DNA of 64,000 nt from Calcarisporiella thermophila CBS 279.70 (Eukaryota > Fungi > Calcarisporiellomycota), in contig NW_027192193.1 of NCBI RefSeq assembly GCF_041956535.1, forward strand, positions 112,366 to 176,365. The letters run 5' to 3'. Below, piece after piece: positions 37,957 to 50,369 of the stretch. Every line of letters begins with the position of its first letter. Positions within the stretch are counted from its first letter, which is position 1. The notes below the pieces were generated by a model. It had not been told where the DNA came from. It saw nothing but the letters and a program-made list of their open reading frames with translations, and searched no databases. The position numbers were made by a program, and so were the translations under genes.

Positions 37957-38604
37957 CTACCAAGATAGCGCCATCACCACTTGATCCTCTTCGCGCACCT
38001 CTACCTTTTTCAAGGCCTGCACTAAGTCGTCGGTGACCTGCCGCATCTATAAGAAGGGGGGCCCAGTGAGTTTTCATGTAGATCGAGTCTTCCCTGGGAA
38101 GAAAAATGCGTAGTGTATGGTAATTACCCACTCTGCCTCCTCTTGCGAGACTCCTCCGTTCAATAATAGCCCCTCGTCCGGCGAGGCGGCCAGCTGAGAT
38201 GCCGAAGAGTTGGGGGCCTTTAGATTAAGCAGGATGGGAGGATTAAGTTCTCCCAGCAAATTCCTATTGATCATTGCATTCCCTGTCAGTCAAATCCCCC
38301 AATCCAACAATTGAAAACGCCAAATGACTCACCGATACTCGGATTCTCTTTCCGCCGCCTCGACCCCGATTTCCTTCTCAGCACTCGCGCTGATATTGAT
38401 CAGATTCTCCTGTGTTCTCATGAGCACCCTTCGGACACGTTCCTTCCTGATGACCTCTGCCTCATGGGTTGAGTTTGTAGATGGGGGCTGAGGATGCGGA
38501 GTAATGCGAGCGGCGTCCAAGATGTTAGGGAGCAGGGGCTGAGTCTCGTCATCACTGGAGCCGAAGATAGCAAAGTAGGAGGGGAGAGATTGGCAGCAGC
38601 CCAT
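37957..38604 (-). CDS. LAMTOR1/Ego1(Meh1)-like vacuolar anchor of the Ragulator/EGO complex
   Basis: MGCC N-terminus (myristoyl plus palmitoyl), acidic dileucine DETQPLL, VLMRTQENLINI. The spliced C-terminus ALKKVEVREEDQVVMALSW resembles the LAMTOR1 tail. Two introns. Confidence 0.8.
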
Positions 38605-38927
38605 TGTGTAGATTGCGAGAGAGGGGGGATTTCCGGGGAGTAATGGGAGAGAGCGGGATGAATCGGCTTATTCTGTGGAATACAAGGGAAAAAGAGGAAT
38701 AGCGAGGAAAAAAAAATTCGTGCTGTCAAGAGTATAAATTGATTTTTTGCCCGCGTCTGTCAGATGATTTCGAAAATGAAAAATTAGGGCGATAATTTAA
38801 GCTTATTCAAGTTGCATGCATCGAAAACAAAATGAACAAAGTTTAAGCAAACGTAACAAATCAGGCGGGAAAAAGGAAGGCGAGAATGCGGTGCGCTCGT
38901 GTTATGGAGGAAAGCCAAGACAATAAT

Positions 38928-40662
38928 TTACAACATAAATTGGAACAAACTTAATAACGTTACAACCCACACGCCGAAATGGCCCGGCCCCACATTGGCC
39001 GCTCCACTGGGCGAGCCGCCCGCCGGCATCAGTTGGCCCATGTGGTTGCAAGTCGGCGCGCTGTAGTCTGCGCCGCCCTTCCCAGCTGGGCCGGCCCACC
39101 GCGCGTAGCTTGCGTTGGAAGTGAACCCGGCGAGGGGGCAGCCGAACCCCAGGAACGGCGGGCAGCTCTGCACAACGTGGTAGCACAAGTCGATGCAGGG
39201 CAGCAGCTCCCGATACGGCGGGGGGCGCACCTGGTCGTCGATCCACTGGTTGCGCGACCCGTTCGTGTTCCGCGCGACGCCCAGCGTCTCCGACTCGGTG
39301 CACCGTGGGATGGTCACGGAGCAGAGCCAGGTCTTGTAGTCGCGGTAGCAGTCGGTGCAGTTGCGCACCAGCGAGTAGGCGGTTGCATCGCAGTTGAACT
39401 GCGACATGGTGGTGTTGAAGGGCTGGTACTGCTGCTGAGCATTCTGGTCGTAGGCTCGAGCAAGGGCGGTGGGATCCATGGAGCCGTTCTGCGGAGCGGG
39501 AACGGCGTAGGCGACGTCGGTGCAGAACGGGAGGTTGAAGATGAGCTTACAGGTATTCGCTGCAAGAAAAGAGGCAAGTCAGAAACAAAAGTCAGCACAC
39601 TCCATGCTAGCATCCTAGGGAAGAAGGCGGCGGTACTGACTCTTCTTGGTTGTAAACTGCAGAGGCTGCGACATCACTCGTCTATTCTGGCTTTCCTCCA
39701 CCAAATACCCTACATAGCTCGTCCCCGGCGCCAGCCCCCCGACTACTGCTTGGTACTTCGCACCCGCCATGGCACCTCGGGTGGTCTCCGTCATATTGGG
39801 CCGGAGGGGCTGCTGGTTGGCGGTGGCATTGACCGCACACAGGGACCGTGTTAGAGCGGGTGGCACCCGGTTATCTGGGAGAACATAGACCGAGACTCTA
39901 GGGGATGACGTATTCGAGAAAGGAGAGGTGAGAAAAAGCGCCGTCGTTGCATCGGTATCATCGAGTATCAGGCCTGGTGTTGTAGAAACCTGATACGCCG
40001 GTGCTATACGTCACAACACACCCATTAAATGCGTCTGTAAGAAAAGAAATCACGCCAATCAGATTACCTATGGACGATGCGCTGATTTCATAGCTCCATT
40101 CCTGCACCCCCCCTGCAGCCTCTGGTGCTGCCACTCCAATATATACATTTCTCTCCGCCCCAGTCAGAGGAAGGGTTGCGTTGACCACTCCCGCCATACT
40201 CCCATTACTTCTTGTCGGATCTCCATCTCCAATGATTTGATCTTGCTTGCCGGGTCCGGGTAGATCGTTGGTTGTCGAAATATATAGCTGTAACGGTGGA
40301 GCATTCAAAGGTGCTGAACAAATGCTGAGCGTAATATAGAGACTTTTCTGTGTTTGTTGTGGCGGGGTGGCGAGTTGACGTGGGGCAAGAGATTTGGCCG
40401 GTTTCTTTGAAGCGGCTGAAGAGGATGGCTTTGTGGAGAGGGATGAGGATAATGGGACGACTAAGTTTTGCGATGGAGGAAAAGATGATGCAAGACGAAA
40501 AGAAGCCGCTCCAGGAAGAAGTGGAAAGTAATAGTGTTGTTGGTTTTTTGCAGTCAGTTTATCCTGTAGAATCTGAGAGTCTGCGAGGGGCTTTGTCTGC
40601 TGGGCAAAAATGACAGGTAACATCCACATAACAAGAAGGAATCGATGCTTTGTTCTTGCCAT
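38928..40662 (-). CDS. MID1: Mid1 stretch-activated Ca2+ channel subunit
   Basis: Signal peptide; IFNLPFCTDVAYAVP; Cys-rich NCTDCYRDYKTWLCSVTIPRC...SRN..ID...PYRELLPCIDLCYHVVQSCP..LGFGCP; hydrophobic C-terminus. Confidence 0.93.
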
Positions 40663-41969
40663 GTTGTATAGGATATGATTATGTTTAATGCATCGGTTGT
40701 GCTAGATTTATTTGGTGTCCTTACAAAAGCCACTCTTTAAGTGCTGAATGGGTTGGTCACGTCAATAATAGAAAATTCGAAGTGGGTTGAGCACTCTCGT
40801 GCTTAAAATCGGCTTGGATTTCTACCAAAATCGAACCTACTCTTCTTTTTTCATGGATGCCACACTTTCCACTCTGATAACACCTATTAAATACACTCTT
40901 CATTCACTTTGAATTTCTCGGCATTATCTTGAATGACCAAACTCCTTTTCCTTTAATCTGCGTGCTGCTCATGATAGCACCAATGCATTTGGAAAGAGGG
41001 AAGCGTATGTGTACTTTATACTGGATAGCAGAGCCACGCGTGGAAAATTATGAAATCCAAAAGATAAAGAAGTCAGCAGAATGACCGGCAGAATGGATAC
41101 CTACTCTAACTCAGTCCGTCTGCCGCACAAAGACATTGAGATAGAACTCGAGCAAAATTATAGAAGAAAACAGTTTTGAAGACTAGCCGATTTGGAAAGC
41201 ATCTTGAATGTAGTTGTTAAATCCACTTCCTTTAGAGTGAAAAATGGATACTCGAAAGAATACTTTCAACCTTGGATCCTTGGACCTCTTTCGCTACAAA
41301 TCAGCAAGATGGTCTAGAATAGCATTACATTTTCTGGTCCAACTATTTTCTGTTGGCTATACATGTTTAGTACTTGAAAAGCTATCGCAAATTTTCTGGA
41401 ATTTGAAAGTCCATATAAGAGTTAGCAAACAAATACTAATAATAACAAATGAAAAAAGGAAAAGGGATGAGAATGTTCTGGTTAAAGTAACATTGCTACT
41501 GAGAAATCTGCACCTTGTGGGCAGATTAGATTCAACATTCAACTTGTCAAGGAATTAATGAAAGTCAATAAAAACACATGCTCAATCTCATTCCACCATC
41601 AGGCAAAAGATAAATGAGCATTTGCAAGTGTTTTATTTAAGGCAAAATATTGCGAAATGAAATGGAATGCGAGAAAGGCATTCTTAGTCATGATTCAAAA
41701 GCATGGATTAGTAAACGAAACAGGGAAATATATCAAGCATTATTAAATATTCCATCTCTGGAAAATTATACTCTCTGAGTCAATAACATTTACCCACCGA
41801 AACACGTTGTCATTTGAGCCGCCTATTTCCTAATTGAATTCCGGAATATCTCGGCCTATGAAACGTTCCTCAGCGATGGGAGTCGCAAATCCATTACTCA
41901 AATTTATAAAAGGAGGCCTTTTCCCCGCACAGCTCTCAGGGTTCGATTGCAATCTCAACAAACTGCAAA

Positions 41970-42407
41970 ATGCTTCTCATTCCGGCATTGAAACTTTCTT
42001 ACCTACGGGCAAGCTTCCAAACCCTGTTCCCTAGCGCTCATTTTCTGTTTTCCTCCACCAAGCACTCTACTTCCCCTTCGACTTCTTCGACTGCTCCCTC
42101 TTCCCCTTCCTCCCCCTCCTCCTCTTCCTCATCCTCCTTCTCCACTTTCCCCTCTGATCTCAAGCTTAATAGTCTCCACGAGACAATACCACGGATGCTC
42201 GAAGACTTATTGAGTCTGTGCATGACTGTGCTGACTAATATCTTTCTCCTCCCTATGGTTATATTTCATCACTGGGTAATATTTCTGATCGGTTCCCTGG
42301 TCCTCTTCGCCGCGCAGTCGTATCTCATGGACATCCTCCTTGTGCTAGGATTGTTCTCGATGTATCTGATCCTTCACCAGAAATACTCCCTGACCCTAAT
42401 TCTTTGA
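41970..42407 (+). CDS. Small hypothetical membrane protein
   Basis: 145-aa ORF with a Ser-rich linker and 2-3 hydrophobic segments; TATAAAA at ~41905. No family recognised. Confidence 0.4.
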   Translation: MLLIPALKLSYLRASFQTLFPSAHFLFSSTKHSTSPSTSSTAPSSPSSPSSSSSSSFSTFPSDLKLNSLHETIPRMLEDLLSLCMTVLTNIFLLPMVIFHHWVIFLIGSLVLFAAQSYLMDILLVLGLFSMYLILHQKYSLTLIL

Positions 42408-43196
42408 ATATAATCATGTATATAGCCACTAATTGTGCATACTCATTTAATATTATTCATTCTCACTTTTGGTCATTGTATATATTTTGGAATATCATTT
42501 CCTTGTTTAATGATATTGGTTGCCACGACCACCCTAATAATAATAATAAAGATATTAACCTGGGTTACGAGTGTAAAGTGTGACTGATTTGTCATCCAAA
42601 AAAATAAAATCGGAGTTTCCATGGCTTAGAAATCAAGTAGGGGATTAGAAGCTCTAAATTGAATACAGTGAAAGAGTCCGAACGGCAAAGCCTGGGTGTA
42701 GGGATTTTCATGAAAAGCCAACGAGAAAATTAAACTGGGCTTCCCAGCATGGTTTTCGGGGCCGAGGAGGCAAACAGTTCTGGGTTGGACCCCTAAAGCA
42801 GAGGAAAACTTTACTCCGGTGAAGTCTAGAGTTTGCCATTGAAATTGGTTTCTCTTTGGTTTCTCTTGCCAAATGACATTCCCACGCTGGAAGCTCTAGG
42901 GGGGTTAAGGGTTTAAAGGGTATTCACCGTGCTAATCCGTCATCCCACAATATAGGATTGCCATTCACGAGCAAAACAACGCAAGCAAAATATTTGGTAT
43001 TATCCAAAATTTTCCCAGGAATCTAAATATGAACCTTGAGCACGTCGAAAAGCAATCTGGGGATATCTGATTTATTGGAATTCATTTTGATAAATATGCG
43101 ATAATGAAGTCATCTAGACTCTATTCATGGTCAACCTCTTCCTCCTTGCCGGCTTGGACGCGGTTCGATTCCAAATGAGAAATTTTTGCTTCTTGC

Positions 43197-43316
43197 ACCC
43201 TCCGCTCCGTTGTTTGCCATAGTTTGCTTGGCAATGGTCTGAGCGGGTAGAATACCATGATGACACCATCCGCGAGGGTAGAGGAAGCCTTATTTTCGTT
43301 CCGCGTACATACAGTT
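43197..43316 (+). ncRNA. Candidate box H/ACA snoRNA
   Basis: Hairpin 1 (CCGCTC/GAGCGG lower stem, TTGCCA/TGGCAA upper stem, internal pocket 14 nt from the box); H box AGAATA 43249-43254; hairpin 2 (GCGAGGGTA.AGG/CCTTATTTTCGT); ACA at 43311-43313 plus 3 nt. Confidence 0.5.
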
Positions 43317-43534
43317 TCGTCTGAGAATCATTTCAAGTGGTTCCTCACTCTCCCGCCTCTCCTTAAGTAGCCGAGATTCTATTACCATTCCTACTGTTTT
43401 ACTTAGAGTTTCAAACTATAGAGAAATGTATGATGATCCGAGAAACAATATAGCCAGGTTGAGGGGAGAGTAACCAAAAAAAAAAACAGAATAACGTTCG
43501 AAATCAAGTATATGTATAATACATTCAATAAAAT

Positions 43535-44785
43535 TTATAACTTCAACAGAGAGTACAAAGCATTCAGCTGACGCTCATCCTCCGCCGAAAGCCGCTTCAC
43601 TCCTCTATACGGTGGAAGAATAAATGGAAGAGAGGGGAGTGTGGTTGGCTGTAGGTTGAGAGTTTCATCTAGATTTTTAAGAGTCATTAAGGCAGGTGAT
43701 TTGGATGGAGAGGGCGAAGAAATGGTATGTGGGTTCGAGTCGACGGGCGAGTATGTACATATCGTGGGGGTAGTGGGCTCCTCCTCTTCCGAGGTAGTCG
43801 AGTAGGATTGCGTCGAATGAGGTGAGTGTAGAAGACACCTTCGTTTCTTTCCACCCATCTCTTCTGTATCCAGCGATGCCGACCGTTTTATCTTCCTCAA
43901 TGTATTGGCACCACCATTCTCGAAATCGACAGGGTTCATCTCAGCACCCTTGGCTCCATTTCCTAAGGATCGCATGTGCGCATTTTGTGGATGCGCTGTC
44001 TCCGATAAATAGTACCCCTTCTCTATAACAATATCCTTGAGTCGTTCATCTACCGATGGCGTCTTGAATCGGTGCAAATCTCGCTTATAATAATATCCGA
44101 TCAGGTGTAGCCTACGATTATCGGCGGTGGTAATGCTATAAGATTGTTTAACAAGCCCATCGGGGCGGTAAATAAAGGAGCGTCGTGTTTCGACGTCGGT
44201 GTCATCTCCACTGTGGATAGAGGTAGTGGTTATGCGGGAGTCTCGACGACGATGTTCAAGCTCACGATATGAGAGAAAGGAGCCGCTGACACGGGAAGGG
44301 GACCAATTTCGACCCTAGATAAATGAGCAAGAAACTAGCCAATTAATGCAAGTGATGGAGAAATAATGACAATTGCTATCCAACAGTTGTATAAAAGAAG
44401 GGGGGAGGGGAAGGGAGAGGAAGGGCGCTAGACTTGAGGTCAGCAACCCACTGAAAAAAAAAGAAAATGCTCAGAGCCCGAAGCGGAGATCTCAGTGGAG
44501 GTTTGCCGCCTTCATTTGGCTCATTTGTAAAACGGGGAGGTAAATAAGCGGTGGAAAGCAAGGAGAAGTACTTACATCTGTCCATCGCCGCATACCCGCT
44601 TCCTTCTCATCCCACACAAAGACCGCTCCAGAGCGTATAGCATCCCGCTCTTTATCTGATAACCTGCGTTGAACTCTCCGGAACACCCCCTGACGGCATG
44701 CCTCAAAGAGTAGCAAGGCGTCGTGTGGGGTCTTGACATGGCCATAAAATGTTTCCATGGAGTCACTATAATTGGCGGGCGACAT
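43535..44785 (-). CDS. Gti1/Pac2 (WOPR) transcription factor
   Basis: METFYGHVKTPHDALLLFEACR...RRLSDKER..IRSGAVFVWDE..AGMRRWTD|GRNWSPSRVSGSFLSYRELE, plus WOPR box 2 (PDGLVKQS...HLIGYY). Intron 44315-44575. Confidence 0.93.
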
Positions 44786-45660
44786 GTTGGCGTGGTGAAG
44801 GAAGCAGGTATTAGAGAGAAACGAGGATGGGATTTTTGTTGAGACGGGTGAGCGAAAAATGGAAAATCGGTGTTTCTTCTAAATTATTCGATATATTTCG
44901 ATGGCGATTAAAGCAAGAAATCGATATTTCATTTTTAGTTAGAACAGCGGTATTAGCTCCATTTCGGTAGGCTATGGATTTCTCCCATCTCATCATGTTT
45001 AGGCTTCGCTCGATTTCCATCTAGGAATGAATTCGATGTTTTTGTTTAACACGCCGCTCAGAGATGGGATTTTTAGCAATCGCCTAAATTATTTAGGCAT
45101 CTCCATGACATCACCCCGCGAACCTACCTCGATCATCCTCCACTGGAGGCGCTCTAAAGTCCCTCGGATGAATAGGACTAGATTCGATCTCGACCATCCC
45201 TTATTTCACAAACGCAGTCACATCTCCCTTAGAGTTTTGGCCAGCTGGTTCCTCTCTATTCTACAAGCCTCCCACACCCAAAATTCTCTCTTTGTGCGCT
45301 AGGGGTTCTGCCCCCAGTGCTACCCTTCCTACTTCGGCCCTAAACTCGATGCTTCTTTCTATCAGATCCGGTGAAATAAACAAGGGTTTTCTTTCAGACG
45401 TCGGGCCATCCACGACCTTTCTGGCCGTGTAAATGAAAAGCCGGAGCAAGAAATTAGTCCCTAGCTTTCGTTATCCTTCTCAATATTAACTTGGTCGCGG
45501 GGCATTTTCAAAGGATCCAAAAATAAACTTTCGAATATTTCAAACTATTTTCCTTCTGCTTTGGATTGCTCCTATCCCAATTCCTGCTGTCCTGCGGGTG
45601 ATCTTGTCAAACTTAAGAATTAGAGTCGAACTATTCTTTTTTTTAATATCCTTTTTCGAG

Positions 45661-48368
45661 ATGAATTCTCGTTTCCTACACCGCATTTCCTCCCTATCTT
45701 CCATTTTACCAATTTCACGCGCCATAAGCAGTCACCTGCCCTATGTAATAGAGAGGCCTATTTGCTCGGGGCTCTTTTCATTCCGAACTAGCCCATTTCG
45801 CGCCATGACTTCTGCCCACACTGAGCATAAACATGTCAACCGTCTCATTCACGAGAAATCTCCATATCTCTTACAGCATGCACACAATCCTGTAGACTGG
45901 TATCCCTGGGGGGAGGAGGCGTTCGAGCGTGCGAGAAGAGAAGACAAGCTAATATTTTTGAGTGTCGGTTATAGCACATGCCAGTAAGTACTTCCCGTTT
46001 TGATTTCTGATGGAAAACATTATTCACGTATCAATCGTAACCATAATTAGCTGGTGTCATGTCATGGTAAAATTTTTATCGAACCGAATGGCCCCAAGTG
46101 GCAAGAACTTGCGTTAGTTTAACTCGTCGCGCTCATTCTATTGATTAGGAAAAGGAATCCTTTGAAAATGAGAGCGTTGCCAAGATCATGAACGAGAATT
46201 ATGTGAATATTAAAGTCGACCGAGAAGTGCAGCCAGACGTGGATCGACTGTACATGACGTTTGTCCAGATATTCTCCGGCGGTGGCGGGTGGCCCATGAG
46301 CGTGTTTCTGACCCCGGAATTATACCCGATCTACGGGGCAACCTATTTCCCGCCCGAAGATCTTCCTGGACGGTGAGTCCACCGTTATTTAGTTACTTTG
46401 AAAAAATCAACAAACAGGTGAACGCTTACTAATGCTTGGGGTATTTTAGCCGTGGTTTCAAGACGGTCCTCGGTGCGGTGGCCAAGCTCTGGGAGGAGCA
46501 GAAGGAAGAGCTACGTTCTTCTGCCAAGGGGAACATCAACCAGCTTCAACAGTTCCTCGCCGCAACTCCTGCTCAAAAAGAGAGCGATGATGCTCTAGTC
46601 TCGTGGAAACTGGCGGACGCGACCTTTGCTAATTTTCGCGAAAGATTCGACAAAGAGCATGGCGGCTTCGGCTCCGAGCCAAAATTCCCAACACCAGTGC
46701 AGCTACGTTTCTTGGTCGACTACTGGTATTACTGCCAAAAGAGTCGCACTGATGAAGTGTCGGGAGAGGGAAGTAAGGGAGGGGTGAAAGAAAAGGGTAG
46801 AGAGGCGTTGAATATGGCGGTCGTGACCTTGAAAAAAATAGCCGCCGGAGGCATCCACGATCATGTTGGCAGTGGATTTCATAGATATAGCACTGACCGC
46901 TACTGGTAAAATTTAGTTCCCTTTGTCTTATTTCTCTTTGGTGGACGGGAACTGACCGTTGCATTCCCTGTTCAGGCACGTGCCTCACTTTGAGAAAATG
47001 CTCTATGACCAAGGTCAGTTGTTGCAGTCCTATTTGAGCGCGTACCTGATCACCAAAGATGCTTCGCTAGCCGATGTAAATTCTCCTCATTTGCGTATTT
47101 CTGCCCCTCCGTTACAAATTAACCCTTATCGATTGAATTAGGTGGCCAAAGATATTGTGCGCTACGTATCGCGCGATCTTGCTCATCCCGAAGGCGGCTT
47201 TTACTCCGCCGAGGATGCCGACTCTTACCCTCGGCATGGCGATAAGGAGAAGAAGGAAGGCGCGTTTTGTGTATGGGAGGCCAGTGAAATCAGCCAAATC
47301 TGTGGAGAGCCCAACGCAGCCATATTTTCGTACCACTATGGTGTTAAACCGGATGGGAACGTGGACCCAGCCAAGGATATCCAGGGAGAGCTGGTGAAGA
47401 AGAATGTCTTGATCGAGCGTCATAGCCTCGAGGAAACTGCAAAAGAGTTTGGGAAGGGCGTGGAGGAGGTGAAGGATATTTTGGCGAATTGTCGGGAGCA
47501 ATTGCTACGGGTGAGGATGGAAGAACGCCCGAAATCGCATTTGGACGACAAGGTCCTCACCGCATGGAACGGGTTGATGATTGGGCCCCTAGCGCAAGCC
47601 TCGCATATTCTCAAACAGCCGGAGTATCTGAATCTTGCGCTCAAGGCTGCACGCTTCATCAAGAACCACTTGTACCGCTCGGACTCTAACACGCTTCTTC
47701 GTAGCTACCGTGAGGGGCCGAGCAACACGGTGGGATTTGCTGATGATTATGCATATCTAATAAGTTCCTTGCTTGATCTCTATGAGGCAACCTTCGATGA
47801 TGCATGGATTGAGTGGGCGAGCAACTTGCAGCAAAAAATGGATGAAGAGTTCTGGGACGAAGAGGGAAACGGGGGCTATTTCGGAGCGCTCAAAGACGAG
47901 AAGATCCTGTTGCGACTGAAGGAAGGCCATGATGGAGCGGAGCCGTCGATTAGCGCCATTGCAGCAACAAACTTGATGCGACTAGGTCATATCTTGGAGG
48001 ATCCGTCGTTGCTGGAGCGGGCACGAAAGACCATCCGAGCGTTTGGGGACGAATTGAAACGTCACCCCTCGGGAATGCCGAGCTTGGTGCGGGCGGGAAT
48101 GATGGAGCTTGCCTCCGTGCGTGAGGTTGTTGTGTGTGGCGGTGAGGCCGATGAAAAGGTGGCAGAGCTGCTGGAGGTGGTTAGAAATACATTCATGCCC
48201 AACGCGGTGATAGTACGCACGACAGCAAACAGCGAGAGCTATCTTGCACAAAAGAACCAGACTATCCGTGGATTTGTAGGGAACCAGAATGCCTCGGTTC
48301 ACGTATGCGAAAATTTCACGTGTGGGCTTCCTGTGGACAATGCAGAGGACCTGGCCGCGAAGCTCTAA
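45661..48368 (+). CDS. SPATA20/YyaL family (thioredoxin-like CxxC plus alpha/alpha barrel)
   Basis: [40 protein letters not shown] (via a 16-nt micro-exon), [54 protein letters not shown]. Confidence 0.95.
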
Positions 48369-48681
48369 CGATATATCTTATCGAAAGGGTTTGGTATCTT
48401 TTTTCCACCAAAAAACAACAAAATTCATCAGAATTTTATCGTTGCTATTCTATGTTTTCTTCTTCCTCCCCCCCCTCCCCTTGCAAAACAAGTCATCCTA
48501 TTCTTATACTTCAATATGCTGATGTCGAGAGTATTCGAGTTGGTGTGTTCTTCCATAACGTTGTGAGCAAATCAAATACATAGGCGGAGATTGGATGTGT
48601 TAATTTTCCGTAGTGACGTTTAGATAAAAATAGCGATCGGTGTCTACTTTCAGGGTTTTAAGCTTGAGCCTAGATCCTGTA

Positions 48682-50369
48682 ATGTTACCCTCCAGCGCCA
48701 ATTCCGCACAGCGGCGTGCTCTTCAACATCGAATCAATCGCCTCCAAAATCAGGCCGATCCCCGGCTGCGCTTTTTGGGCTTTGTCTGCTGTTTGCTTTT
48801 TGTCCTCTCGCTCTTCATATTCTATGCTCATCTGACTTCCGACTATCGCCGATTGTCTGCCGAGCGTACTGAGGCGCAGATGGATCCGCCGCCGCTTCCG
48901 GACGAGATATGGTCATTGGAGGAGAGGGGCATTCAGGAAATGACTGCGGTGTGTCCCAATAGAACAGGCTGGGATAGAGATGTTATGATGAGTGAGCTGG
49001 CATACGATTGCATGCCGCTAAGGAAGGTGAAGGAAGGATGGAGAGCGTATGTGTGTTTTGGGGACCAATGCAATGGTGGTCATTTACTGGTGAAACGGCT
49101 TGTGGGTATCAGGCATGGGATGTGCGATTACTTTGGCAATTATGCAAAATTTGTGAAAGAATCGGAGCGCACATTGCACCAGATGTTTGGGAAAGCAAAC
49201 AGCGATCTCACAGGACGCAAGGAAGTTACTGAGACCGTGTCCTGGCAAGACTGGGATGCGGCTGTGGGAAAGGACACTGTTTTTGCTCAATTCTATGGAG
49301 CTGAACGCCTGGCGGCTAGTGTAAGTGTCCATTCGGGCGAATGTGTCTATCGTGTTCCCTTCCGCCTCTCTAACGCCGGGGCCATGGCACTTGATTTGTA
49401 CGTCAACAATGAGCAAAAATGGGAGCCGATCGTAGCCGGGGCGATGATGGATATTTGTCCCTACTGCCCGACCTCTTTTGCGCCCTTTGTCCCTGCCCTC
49501 GCTAGTGCTGGTGATGGGATTCTGGGGATGGGTAGCGCAAATGGCTTAGTAAGCCTGGTGCCGAAGATAAGAGCGGATGCAAAGGATGACACCAGCACAT
49601 GGCCTGAATGCAATCGCAATGATCCCGTGCAGGGGGCATGGCTTCCGGTGGCCCTTGAGGAGAAGTATGCAAGGTCAACTGCTAGGCATTACGCGTGGAC
49701 TCCACTTGGCTGTCGCTATGCTTCCTCTGCCACCGAGGCTAGTTGCCTAAATAGACGGAATGTTCGAGTCGTGTTTATAGGTGAGAGCGAACTCAAACCT
49801 ATCTTCGAAGCAGTTGCAAAACGGTTGGCAGGCTGGCATGGAGTGGCCTTCCCTGGAGCGCGACAAAAATACACGTTCGGCCTGGTCTCACTTGAGCTAA
49901 ACTCAAAGTATGCCGATCCAGATGGCGACGTGATTGTGTTCGCATCAGAAGATGGCATCTCAGACGACGAAGCACAATATTCGATTCACTTACAGGAAAC
50001 AGTGGATCGCCTTCAACGTCCAGGACGAAGATTGATATGGGCCGGGAGGGATCCATCAGATGCACTGAGTGGAATAACGTGTGCACAAGAAGGAGGGATG
50101 GATTGCAAAACCAAGGGGAACGTTTATAAAAGTGGGCTGTATAAACAGCTTGTGGCGGAGAAGCTCATGCGCAAACTGGAAATCGCACAGATAAATCGGT
50201 GGGACATTGCGAGCGCAGTCTTCGGGAACAACCCAAACGACCGCGCCCAAGGTAAGCAGTGTAATAGAGTGTTTCAAGCACCAGGCTAACTCAGCTAATT
50301 GATCTATCTTTAGTGATTGACGCGGTAGCAGACGAAATTGCGCACAAGTTAAATTTGTGTCGTCTATGA
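48682..50369 (+). CDS. Type II membrane protein with degenerate SGNH/PC-esterase-like domain
   Basis: N-terminal TM, Cys-rich lumenal region, WTPLGC...CLNRRNVRVVFIGES (GDS-like motif). One intron, 50252-50313. Confidence 0.7.

Noticed and set aside
40960-41560. Coding-like stretch with stops (possible pseudogene or TE relic)
   Set aside because: No recognisable motif, terminal repeat or homology; cannot be supported.
43162-43188. tRNA fragment (GGTTCGATTCC) or Sm-site snRNA (AATTTTTG)
   Set aside because: No cloverleaf can be formed and no recognisable U1/U2/U4/U5/U11/U12 sequence flanks the Sm-like motif.
42400-43316. Vertebrate-style telomerase RNA ending in the H/ACA domain (prompted by nearby WRAP53)
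   Set aside because: No 1.5-repeat C-rich template on the plus strand, and no recognisable pseudoknot, CR4/5 or CAB box.
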